Positions 55,103 through 63,219 of a stretch of DNA of 64,000 bases are shown one piece after another. The translations under genes were made by a program, and so were the position numbers. The DNA is from Clostridiales bacterium (lineage in GTDB: Bacteria > Bacillota > Clostridia > Christensenellales > UBA1242): contig CAKJZJ010000006.1 of the NCBI GenBank assembly GCA_918292005.1, forward strand, positions 6,598 through 70,597, given 5' to 3'. A model generated the notes under the pieces. It was not told the DNA's origin and made no database searches. It saw only the letters and a list, made by a program, of their open reading frames with translations. Position 1 is the first letter of the stretch. Every line of letters starts with the position of its first letter.

Positions 55103-55131
55103 AAAAAAGAAGTCGTATGACTTCTTTTTTT
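55103..55131 (+). terminator. Intrinsic terminator of the str operon
   Basis: AAAAAAGAAGTC-gtat-GACTTCTTTTTTT. Confidence 0.9.
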
Positions 55132-55349
55132 GTGCTTCTTTATGGTACTATGCAAAAAATATTTTTATAGCTATATTTAGGATTTTTTATGATATTTGCA
55201 TAGTTTCAAAAAACGCAATTTTATTCGATTGGAATAATTCATGATGTATATTTTCTGTTTTTAATGCACATCAAAAATTAAGAAATTTAATTTATTATTC
55301 GTTTTTCTTTTTTAGTCCTATATGATATAATTTACTTAGAGGTAATAAT

Positions 55350-56873
55350 ATGGTAGAAGATGGTGGATTGACAAGGAAAATTACTCAGGATGATTTTGTT
55401 ACTGAGAAAATTGACGTTATCAAAAATAAACTATTAGGCTCTTATGATGATGAAGGGCATTATTTCTTGTCCAGACCTATCATTGAAGAGTTGCTTAAGT
55501 TAAACAAATTAAAGAAAACATCTTTTGGCAATTCGATTTTTTGTGTAGGAACTTTACTAGGATATGGTGAGATAGTTTTTGAAGTTTCGTTCAATAAAAA
55601 GACCAATGATGGTAAAAATGCCAAGGCTACTCTGTATGTTTTGGAAGGTGTTGATAAAATTAATGGCTACCTTCAAAATACTCTAAAAACCAAATTAGCT
55701 GAATATGTTAGTGATGTTTCTAATTTTATGGAAGAAGCATACAAGTATTTTCGTGTAGTATTGAAACAAGAAGAAGTTGATGACGATGATGCCGATGAGG
55801 GGAGAGAGCGTAAAGTCGTTGACGACGATAAACTTGATGCTAGTTTTATTCTCGCAAAAAAGCAGTTTTCTATATTTTTAGATAAACTTTTGGACGAAAA
55901 ATTTTTAGATGCTTACGGCAAATATTTTTCGTTTAGATTGTCTGCTTTGACCAAACTTAATAATGAATTTAGCAATACCATATTGGATAGTTTCAATTCT
56001 CAATATAAACTCATCGAGAATACTTTTTTGCAAGAAAAGAATTATAAAATGTTGAATGAATTGCTTGATAAATGTATTGAAGAAGTTTCTGGGACAAATG
56101 AGCAATTTATAGCACAAGAAAAAGAATTTAATGACAAAACTAAACCTGCTCTAGATTCGTTTATTGAGAGTTACAATAAACTTAGTGACAAATATGAATC
56201 AAAAGCACTAAATATGTTGGAAAAATCTGATAGGGCAAGAGTAAAAGAAATGATAGACAAAGATTCATTGGTGGCTTCGGATACTCCTGTTCAAGATTAT
56301 GAGAATATACGTGATTCTGTGGAAGAATTGGCCCAATTGGATACAGCTAAAACGGAAAAAGACTCCGATTCACTTGCTTATAGATTAACTCAGGATATCG
56401 AGCAAAAACAAAAAACCACACCAGAAGAGCCTAAACTTGAGCCTAAGAAACCTGAGCCTGAAGTGGCAAAAGAAGAGCCTAAACCAACATCTGTGGTTGA
56501 ACAGTATATGTCTAGCAAGAATGATACTGTGGCTGAAGATAATACTCATGCAGCAGGTGGTTATTCTTCTGCCCAGTCGCTGAAAGATAGATTGAGTAGA
56601 ATTGGGAAATATAAAGAGCAGACAGAAGATGAACATGATTGGGAAGAAGAGCAAGAAACTCCTACTTCTGATGATAAAATGGGCAATATATTCGATTTCT
56701 TCTCTCAACGTAGGTCAGAATTGGACGATCAAGTATCTAAGAACCTAAGTAATAGATATGACGAGTTTAATCAGGCTAGCGCAGAAACTGGTGATGATAT
56801 GACCGATTATTTTAGACAGAAGAAAAAGGGCGAGAGTACTGCAACTAAAAATGATTATGAAAGAGATATGTAA
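55350..56873 (+). CDS. Hypothetical acidic/helical protein (507 aa) with a Pro/Glu/Lys linker and a disordered-looking tail
   Basis: Long ORF, extended -10 TGATATAAT and RBS AGAGGT upstream, terminator downstream. No family recognised. Confidence 0.85.
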   Translation: MVEDGGLTRKITQDDFVTEKIDVIKNKLLGSYDDEGHYFLSRPIIEELLKLNKLKKTSFGNSIFCVGTLLGYGEIVFEVSFNKKTNDGKNAKATLYVLEGVDKINGYLQNTLKTKLAEYVSDVSNFMEEAYKYFRVVLKQEEVDDDDADEGRERKVVDDDKLDASFILAKKQFSIFLDKLLDEKFLDAYGKYFSFRLSALTKLNNEFSNTILDSFNSQYKLIENTFLQEKNYKMLNELLDKCIEEVSGTNEQFIAQEKEFNDKTKPALDSFIESYNKLSDKYESKALNMLEKSDRARVKEMIDKDSLVASDTPVQDYENIRDSVEELAQLDTAKTEKDSDSLAYRLTQDIEQKQKTTPEEPKLEPKKPEPEVAKEEPKPTSVVEQYMSSKNDTVAEDNTHAAGGYSSAQSLKDRLSRIGKYKEQTEDEHDWEEEQETPTSDDKMGNIFDFFSQRRSELDDQVSKNLSNRYDEFNQASAETGDDMTDYFRQKKKGESTATKNDYERDM

Positions 56874-56902
56874 AATGGACTAGGACTACTAGTCCATTTT
56901 TT
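56872..56902 (+). terminator. Intrinsic terminator
   Basis: AAAATGGACTAG-gacta-CTAGTCCATTTT-TT. Confidence 0.9.
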
Positions 56903-57032
56903 CTGTATCTTTCTGCAAAGTTGTATAAAAATTTTCAGAAAAACACTTGATTTTTTGAGCATAATATTATATATTATATAAGGTAGTAAGTAGAGTTAAG
57001 CGTGAAAGACTCTATTTTTTATTGCATTGGCA

Positions 57033-57061
57033 TTGACAATGTATATTAACTATGTTAAAAT
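57033..57061 (+). promoter_or_regulatory. Sigma-A promoter of rpmG-secE-nusG
   Basis: TTGACA-N17-TAAAAT with an extended -10 TG. Confidence 0.8.
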
Positions 57062-57095
57062 TTACTGGCTAAGTAAGATAGCAAGGAGAAAAATT

Positions 57096-57245
57096 ATGAG
57101 AGACAATATTATCATCGCTTGTACAGAATGCAAACAGAGAAACTACGATAGTCAAAAGAACAAAAAGAACGATCCAGATAGAATCGAAGTAAAGAAATAT
57201 TGTAAATTCTGCAAAAAGCACACAGTTCATAAAGAAACCAAATAA
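57096..57245 (+). CDS. rpmG: 50S ribosomal protein L33, Zn-binding (C+) type, 49 aa
   Basis: [17 protein letters not shown]...[17 protein letters not shown]. Start moved to ATG 57096 after AAGGAG. Confidence 0.97.
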   Translation: MRDNIIIACTECKQRNYDSQKNKKNDPDRIEVKKYCKFCKKHTVHKETK

Positions 57246-57264
57246 TTATATAAGGAATTGTAAA

Positions 57265-57666
57265 ATGGCAAAAAATAAAAAAATGTCTGAAAATGAAGAT
57301 GTTGAAATTATTGAACCAGACACCCAAGAAGAAAATGTAGAAGTTGAAAATGTAGAAGAAACAACTGCTACCGAGGAAACTCCTAAGGGTAAAAAGAAGA
57401 ATAAAGAAACATCTAAAGATGCCAATGATAATGGCAAACAGGGTAAAGACAAAGGTAAAAACAAAGGTACTCCTAAAAAAGAGAAAAAATCTCTTAAGAA
57501 AAAAGCAACTGAAGTTTTGAGTGAACTTAAGAAAGTATCTCGTCCTACTTTTGGTCAAGTAGTTAAAAATACATGTGTAGTTATAGCAGTTGTTGCTGTG
57601 TGTACACTATTGCTTTTCGGTGTGGACAGATTGTTTAGTTTAGTTTACAATTTGTTATTACCTTAA
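57265..57666 (+). CDS. secE: Preprotein translocase subunit SecE with a long charged N-terminal extension
   Basis: EVLSELKKVSRPT motif followed by one TM helix; position between rpmG and nusG. Confidence 0.92.
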   Translation: MAKNKKMSENEDVEIIEPDTQEENVEVENVEETTATEETPKGKKKNKETSKDANDNGKQGKDKGKNKGTPKKEKKSLKKKATEVLSELKKVSRPTFGQVVKNTCVVIAVVAVCTLLLFGVDRLFSLVYNLLLP

Positions 57667-57701
57667 AAGTTTGATTATTGAGATACAAGGAGCAGAATTC
57701 T

Positions 57702-58373
57702 GTGGAAAACGAAGAATTAGAAACTATTGCAACAGAATCATCTAATGATGCTATTGTTGAAGCCAAGGCAGAGACTAATACTGAATCTGCAGTTAAACCA
57801 GCAATTAACGAGAATAAAATAGATGATACTACCGAAGTAAAGGTAGAGAGCAATATGGCTAATGCAAAATGGTACGTATTGCATACTTTCTCTGGTTATG
57901 AAAATGTTGCAAAAGAGAATTTGGAAATAGTTAAAGATAAATACAATTTGCAAGAGCGTATTTTCGATATCGTTATACCTATGGAAGATGTCGTTGAAGA
58001 AAAAGATGGCAAGAAAAAAATTGTTTCTAGAAAGGTTATGCCAGGCTATATCATGGTCAAGATGATATATGGTGATGATATATGGCACGCTGTTACACGT
58101 ACTAGGGGAATTACTGGTTTTGTTGGACCTAAAGGTCGTCCTTTACATCTAACAGAAGAAGAAATTCGTAAGATGCATCTAGAGAAAAATACCGTAGTAG
58201 ATATCACAATTGCTGAGAATGATAAGGTAGAGGTAATTGATGGTGCACTAAATGGTTTTGTAGGTACAATTATCTCTGTAGATAGAGAAAATGCTAAGTG
58301 TAAGGCATTGGTTGAGATGTTTGGTAGAGATACTCCAGTAGACCTAAGCCTTGAGCAAGTTAGAAAGATATAA
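57702..58373 (+). CDS. nusG: Transcription termination/antitermination factor NusG
   Basis: KWYVLHTFSGYE, MPGYIMVKM, TRGITGFVG, KOW domain and MFGRDTPV. Start placed at GTG 57702 after AAGGAG; alternative ATG 57855. Confidence 0.97.
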   Translation: MENEELETIATESSNDAIVEAKAETNTESAVKPAINENKIDDTTEVKVESNMANAKWYVLHTFSGYENVAKENLEIVKDKYNLQERIFDIVIPMEDVVEEKDGKKKIVSRKVMPGYIMVKMIYGDDIWHAVTRTRGITGFVGPKGRPLHLTEEEIRKMHLEKNTVVDITIAENDKVEVIDGALNGFVGTIISVDRENAKCKALVEMFGRDTPVDLSLEQVRKI

Positions 58374-58410
58374 TTTTGGTTTTATGTAGATGTATTCTAC
58401 TTAAAATATA

Positions 58411-58455
58411 GTGGGAGAAATGTAAATCTATTTCAATGCATTTCACTTATACCAC
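58411..58455 (+). promoter_or_regulatory. Ribosomal protein L1-binding leader upstream of rplK
   Basis: GTGGGAG..ACCAC closing helix with an asymmetric loop and an inner stem GAAATGTA/TGCATTTC. Confidence 0.75.
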
Positions 58456-58487
58456 ATTTGCCAATTAATTTTGGCAGGAGGATAAAA

Positions 58488-58916
58488 ATGGCAGAAAAGA
58501 AGATAACAGCAGTTGTTAAATTGCAATTACCAGCAGGAAAGGCAACAGCAGCACCTCCAGTAGGTAGCTCTCTTGGACCTTATGGTATCAATATTCCTTC
58601 ATTTACAAAGGATTTTAACGAAAAAACTGCACAAAAAGCTGGACTTATTATTCCAGTAGTAGTTACAATTTATGCAGATAGATCTTTCACATTTGTGCTT
58701 AAAACTCCACCAGCAGCAGTTCTTATAAAGAAAGCTTGCGGTATTGAGACTGCTTCCGCAAATTCTATTAAGAATAAGGTTGCAAAGATTACAAAAGCAC
58801 AAGTTAAAGAGATAGCAGAATTAAAGATGCCAGACCTAAATGCAGCAAGTCTAGAGAGTGCTATGAGCATGATAGAGGGTACTTGCAGAAGCATGGGTGT
58901 GACAGTAGAAGAATAA
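58488..58916 (+). CDS. rplK: 50S ribosomal protein L11 (142 aa)
   Basis: [19 protein letters not shown] and GTCRSMG. Start moved to ATG 58488 after AGGAGG. Confidence 0.99.
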   Translation: MAEKKITAVVKLQLPAGKATAAPPVGSSLGPYGINIPSFTKDFNEKTAQKAGLIIPVVVTIYADRSFTFVLKTPPAAVLIKKACGIETASANSIKNKVAKITKAQVKEIAELKMPDLNAASLESAMSMIEGTCRSMGVTVEE

Positions 58917-58958
58917 GTGGGAGAATAAAAAATCTAATAATTTATTCATTATAACCAC
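58917..58958 (+). promoter_or_regulatory. Second L1-binding site, between rplK and rplA
   Basis: GTGGGAG..ACCAC with an inner stem GAATAAA/TTTATTC, directly before the rplA RBS. Confidence 0.75.
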
Positions 58959-58973
58959 AAGGAGAAGAAAATT

Positions 58974-59654
58974 ATGAAGAAAGGTAAAAGATATTTAGAA
59001 TCTGCTAAATTGATTGATAGAACTACTCAATATCCAGTAGTAGAAGCACTAGATTTGGCAGTAAAGACTGCAAAAGCAAAGTTTGATGAAACTGTTGAAT
59101 TGCACGTAAAATTAGGTGTTGATGGTAGAAATGCTGATCAACAAGTTAGAGGCGTAGTTGTATTGCCTCATGGTACTGGTAAATCCAAAAAGATTTTGGT
59201 TATTGCTAAGGGCGATAATGCTGATCTCGCTAAAAAGGCAGGAGCTGATTTCGTTGGCGCAGAAGAAATGATTACAAAGATTCAGTCTCAGAATTGGTTC
59301 GGTTTTGATGTCTGCGTTACTACTCCAGATATGATGCCTGTTATTGGTAGAATTGCTAAACTTTTGGGACCAAAGGGCTTAATGCCTAATCCAAAGAGTG
59401 GTACAGTTACTACCGATGTAACCAAGGCTATTACCGAGATCAAAGCTGGTAAAGTTGAATATAGACTAGATAAACACAATATTATTCACGTTATCATTGG
59501 TAAAGCATCTTTTGGTGTAGAGAAATTAACAGAGAACCTAAATACAGTTATGGAAGCCCTTATTAAAGCTAAACCTGCTGCTGCAAAAGGTACATACGTA
59601 AAATCTGTTTCAGTATCTAGCACAATGGGTCCAGGTATCAAAGTTCAATATTAA
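58974..59654 (+). CDS. rplA: 50S ribosomal protein L1
   Basis: [30 protein letters not shown] and STMGPG. Confidence 0.99.
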   Translation: MKKGKRYLESAKLIDRTTQYPVVEALDLAVKTAKAKFDETVELHVKLGVDGRNADQQVRGVVVLPHGTGKSKKILVIAKGDNADLAKKAGADFVGAEEMITKIQSQNWFGFDVCVTTPDMMPVIGRIAKLLGPKGLMPNPKSGTVTTDVTKAITEIKAGKVEYRLDKHNIIHVIIGKASFGVEKLTENLNTVMEALIKAKPAAAKGTYVKSVSVSSTMGPGIKVQY

Positions 59655-59669
59655 TTTTATAAAGAAAAG

Positions 59670-59703
59670 AAAAAATCTAATTGAATTTCAATTAGATTTT
59701 TTT
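59670..59703. terminator. Bidirectional terminator between rplA and the convergent orphan gene
   Basis: AAAAAATCTAATTG-aattt-CAATTAGATTTTTT, with A and T tracts on both sides. Confidence 0.85.
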
Positions 59704-59715
59704 GTTTGTTAAATA

Positions 59716-60213
59716 TTAATTTTCTTTATAGCCAGTTATTTCTGCAATATCTTGTTCATCAGTATATACTTTTGAAATAGGAGTGTATTTGTTACTTGGT
59801 GTAGGTATAATAGCACTAGCAAGTGCTTTTTTCAGTGCAACCAACATTTCTACTGCAGGAATACTAGTCTTGGTCATATCTACAGAATATTGACCCCAAT
59901 AAAATCCATAACCTTTTTGTGCAAGAGTGCCAGCAGCAGAAGCAACATTGTTATATGCTACAGTACCATGGATTAGTCTGTCTTCTACATTTGTAGCAGA
60001 AGCTACTTCTCCTAGAGCAGCTAAAAGTTTTTCTGGACTAACTCTTTTAGCAAAATCATTACCATTAGAATCTTTTTCCATATAATATACATTTTGGAAT
60101 GGAATAGGTTCTGGTAGGTGACCAGATATGTAATTCACATCTACTGGTTCATTATTTCTCAGACTATCAAATATTTCTTGTGCTTTTGGACTTAAATTCT
60201 TATTTTTATACAT
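59716..60213 (-). CDS. Hypothetical protein (165 aa)
   Basis: Only substantial ORF in the gap. Minus-strand TTGCAA-N17-TAAAAT promoter and GAGGGG RBS upstream; shares the bidirectional terminator. Confidence 0.8.
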   Translation of the reverse strand: MYKNKNLSPKAQEIFDSLRNNEPVDVNYISGHLPEPIPFQNVYYMEKDSNGNDFAKRVSPEKLLAALGEVASATNVEDRLIHGTVAYNNVASAAGTLAQKGYGFYWGQYSVDMTKTSIPAVEMLVALKKALASAIIPTPSNKYTPISKVYTDEQDIAEITGYKEN

Positions 60214-60350
60214 TTTCCCATACCCCTCGATTTTAATACTTATATTTTACAATAAATCAATTCATTTTGCAATACCCTTTATGATATTTTATATTTTTTG
60301 GCTTTTTTACGTGATTTTTTATAATAATTTTTAAAGATACATCTATATAC

Positions 60351-60379
60351 TTGACTTAAATATGCCATTTGGTTAAACT
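60351..60379 (+). promoter_or_regulatory. Sigma-A promoter of the ABC-F gene
   Basis: TTGACT-N17-TAAACT. Confidence 0.65.
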
Positions 60380-60409
60380 ATCTATATAGAGTAACTATGG
60401 AAGTGTATT

Positions 60410-61987
60410 ATGATAGAAGTAAACAATGTTTGTGTACAATTCGGCAGCAATAAATTATTTGATGAAGTAAATTTGAAATTTACTAAAGGCAATTGCTATG
60501 GTATTATTGGAGCCAATGGTGCAGGTAAGTCTACATTTTTAAAAGTTTTATCTGGAGAATTACAGCCACAGAAGGGTGAAGTGATTGTTTCTCCTGGCGA
60601 ACGTATGTCTGTGTTAAATCAAAATCAAGAAGCATTCAATGATTACACTGTAATGGATACAGTATTGCAAGGTCACAAAAGACTTGTTCAGATAATGCAT
60701 GAAAAAGATGAATTGTATGCGAAACCAGATTTTAATGAAGCAGATGGTATGAAGGCAGCTGAGCTTGAAGCAGAATTTGCTGAACTCGGTGGTTGGGAAG
60801 CAGAAAGTGATGCTGGAATACTGCTCAATGGTCTAGGGGTGGATACATCATTACATTATGCCATGATGGGTACACTGGATGCTCCTATCAAAGTGAAAGT
60901 ATTGCTAGCACAGGCATTATTCGGTAATCCAGATATTTTAATTATGGATGAGCCTACAAATAACCTAGATATCAAGTCGGTGAAATGGCTAGAGGAATAT
61001 CTAATCAATTTTGAAAATATTCTCATCATTGTTTCTCACAATAGACACTTTCTGAATAATGTATGCACTCATATATGTGATGTTGATTATGGCAAGATTA
61101 ATATATACTTGGGTAACTATGATTTCTGGTATGAGACTAGTCAATTGCTTTTGAGACAACAAAAGGAAGAAAACAAAAAAATGGAAGCTAGAGCAAAAGA
61201 GTTGCAAGAATTCATTGCTCGATTTGCAGCCAATGCTAGTAAGTCTAGACAGGCTACTAGTAGGAAGAAAGAATTAGAGAAATTGACTCTCAATGATATT
61301 AAACCTAGCAATAGAAAATATCCGTATATTAATTTTGCTATGGAGAGAGAACCAGGCAATGATATACTCATAGTAGAGAATTTGACTAAGCCTGGTGTAT
61401 TTGAGAATGTTAGTTTTACTGTTAATAAAAATGACAAAATAGGTATAGTTAGTGACAAAAGCACTACAGTTAGTGCCTTATTTAATATACTTGCAGGTCT
61501 AGATAAAGATTATACCGGTACTGTGAAATGGGGTAAAACAATTACATTCTCATACCTGCCACAGAATTTCAATTCATTCTTTGATGGATGTGATTTGAGT
61601 CTGGTTGATTGGTTGGCACAGTTTTCCAAAGAGAAAGAACAGACATTCGTACGTTCGTGGCTAGGCAGAATGTTGTTTACTGGTGAGGAGGGTATGAAAA
61701 AAGCAAAAGTCATCAGTGGTGGAGAAAAGGTAAGGTGTATGCTTGCAAAGATGATGCTGACATCAGGTAACCTACTTATATTTGATGAGCCTACCAATCA
61801 CTTAGATCTAGAATCAATCACTGCTCTGAATAAAGGACTAATTAATTATAAAGGCAATCTACTTCTCACATCTCATGACCAGGAACTCATGCAGACTGTG
61901 TGTAATAGGATTATCAAAATTACTAATAAAAAAGACTTTGATAGATCTATAACATATGATGAATTTATCGACAAATATGAGATATAA
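60410..61987 (+). CDS. ABC-F family ribosome-associated ATPase, YkpA/YbiT subfamily
   Basis: Two NBDs (GANGAGKST; DEPTNNLD; ISGGEKVR; DEPTNHLD), no TM domain, linker YLGNYDFWYETSQL, and a degenerate second Walker A as in B. subtilis YkpA. Confidence 0.92.
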   Translation: MIEVNNVCVQFGSNKLFDEVNLKFTKGNCYGIIGANGAGKSTFLKVLSGELQPQKGEVIVSPGERMSVLNQNQEAFNDYTVMDTVLQGHKRLVQIMHEKDELYAKPDFNEADGMKAAELEAEFAELGGWEAESDAGILLNGLGVDTSLHYAMMGTLDAPIKVKVLLAQALFGNPDILIMDEPTNNLDIKSVKWLEEYLINFENILIIVSHNRHFLNNVCTHICDVDYGKINIYLGNYDFWYETSQLLLRQQKEENKKMEARAKELQEFIARFAANASKSRQATSRKKELEKLTLNDIKPSNRKYPYINFAMEREPGNDILIVENLTKPGVFENVSFTVNKNDKIGIVSDKSTTVSALFNILAGLDKDYTGTVKWGKTITFSYLPQNFNSFFDGCDLSLVDWLAQFSKEKEQTFVRSWLGRMLFTGEEGMKKAKVISGGEKVRCMLAKMMLTSGNLLIFDEPTNHLDLESITALNKGLINYKGNLLLTSHDQELMQTVCNRIIKITNKKDFDRSITYDEFIDKYEI

Positions 61988-62015
61988 ATTTGTATCAATT
62001 TTTTGTAATTTGTTC

Positions 62016-62044
62016 TTGACAACCCGGATATTATAATATATAAT
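62016..62044 (+). promoter_or_regulatory. Sigma-A promoter of rplJL
   Basis: TTGACA-N17-TATAAT. Confidence 0.85.
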
Positions 62045-62070
62045 ATACATCGGAAATAGAATATTTTATT

Positions 62071-62126
62071 GCCTAAGACAGTAAGTGACGTGAGTCATAA
62101 ATTTCTCTTTGGAATGCTTACCGAGG
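62071..62126 (+). ncRNA. Ribosomal protein L10 leader
   Basis: CCTAAGACAGTAAG...TAAAT...CTTACCGAGG matches the L10-leader core and lies upstream of rplJ. Confidence 0.85.
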
Positions 62127-62148
62127 ATAGTTATAGAGTTGATTTTAT

Positions 62149-62186
62149 CACCTTGTGCTATTTTAGGCATAAGGTGTTTTGTTTTT
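62149..62186 (+). terminator. Attenuator terminator of the L10 leader
   Basis: CACCTTGTGCT-atttta-GGCATAAGGTG-TTTTGTTTTT between the leader and rplJ. Confidence 0.75.
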
Positions 62187-62209
62187 AATAACTAATGGAG
62201 GATAATATT

Positions 62210-62698
62210 TTGAGCGCAAATTTAGAACTGAAGAAAGAATTGGTTGAGAATATCAAGTCTGAGTTTAAGAATGCTAAATCAATAATCTTTGTAGATTATC
62301 GTGGCATTACAGTTGCTGAAGATACCGCTATGAGAAAGGAATTCCGTGAAAACAATGTTTCTTACAAAGTTTTCAAGAATAGACTTTTAGTTAGAGCTCT
62401 TAATGATCTAGGCATCAAGGATTATGATCCAAAGATGTTTGAAGGTACTACAGCAGTTGCTTATAGCACAGACGAAGTTGCTCCTGCCAAAGTTTTCTGT
62501 AAAAATCAGAAAGACCTAAAGAAAATGGCTGTTAAATTTGGTATTGTTAATGGTCAAATAATGAATGACAAAGAAGTAGAAGAATTGTCTAAAATACCTT
62601 CGAAAGATGTACTTATCGCTATGCTGTTGGGTACACTCAATGCTCCAATCGCTGCTATGGCTAGGGCATTAAATGCAATTGCTGAGAAGCAAAACTAA
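62210..62698 (+). CDS. rplJ: 50S ribosomal protein L10 (162 aa)
   Basis: VDYRGITV, KVFKNRL, FEGTTAVAY and IPSKDVLIA. Start moved to TTG 62210 after GGAGG (the ATG at 62195 overlaps the RBS). Confidence 0.97.
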   Translation: MSANLELKKELVENIKSEFKNAKSIIFVDYRGITVAEDTAMRKEFRENNVSYKVFKNRLLVRALNDLGIKDYDPKMFEGTTAVAYSTDEVAPAKVFCKNQKDLKKMAVKFGIVNGQIMNDKEVEELSKIPSKDVLIAMLLGTLNAPIAAMARALNAIAEKQN

Positions 62699-62726
62699 GA
62701 ATATTAATTAAAGGAGAAAAATAAAA

Positions 62727-63101
62727 ATGGCTGATTTAAAATCATTTGTAGAAGAAATCAAAAAACTTTCTGTTATGGAAGTAAGTGAATTAGTAAAAAT
62801 GTTAGAGGAAGAATTCGGTGTTAGCGCTGCTGCTCCTGTAGCTGTTGTTGGTGGTGCTGCTGCTCCTGCTGAGGCTGCTGCTGAGGAGAAGTCTGAATTC
62901 ACAATTGTTCTAAAAGAGGCTGGTCCTAATAAAATTGCTGTTATCAAAGTTGTTAAAGAGCTTACTGGTCTAGGTCTTGGTGAAGCTAAAGCTTTGGTTG
63001 ATGGTGCTCCAAAGGAACTCAAACAAAATGTTCCTGCTGAGGAAGCTAAGGCTGTTGAGGCTAAACTTAAAGAAGCTGGCGCTACTGTAGAGCTTAAATA
63101 A
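62727..63101 (+). CDS. rplL: 50S ribosomal protein L7/L12
   Basis: [33 protein letters not shown] and GATVELK. Confidence 0.99.
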   Translation: MADLKSFVEEIKKLSVMEVSELVKMLEEEFGVSAAAPVAVVGGAAAPAEAAAEEKSEFTIVLKEAGPNKIAVIKVVKELTGLGLGEAKALVDGAPKELKQNVPAEEAKAVEAKLKEAGATVELK

Positions 63102-63123
63102 TTATAAATCCAATTAGTTATAG

Positions 63124-63155
63124 AAACCATATATCTTGAGATATATGGTTTTTTT
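63124..63155 (+). terminator. Intrinsic terminator after rplL
   Basis: AAACCATATATC-ttga-GATATATGGTTT-TTTT. Confidence 0.9.
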
Positions 63156-63219
63156 GTATGTTATTATTTGATTAGTTTTATTTTTTGGTGTATTATTAGA
63201 TTTGATTATAGGAGAAAAT

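Noticed and set aside
57246-57264. tRNA-Trp often found between rpmG and secE
   Set aside because: The gap is only 19 bp, and no tRNA-like cloverleaf was seen anywhere in the window.
61420-61500. Degenerate Walker A in the second NBD of the ABC-F protein
   Set aside because: Also seen in Firmicute YkpA-type proteins, so not evidence of a pseudogene or novelty.
62708-63130. 140-aa antisense ORF over rplL, and similar antisense ORFs over secE, rpoB, fusA and tuf
   Set aside because: Mirror frames of highly biased housekeeping genes.
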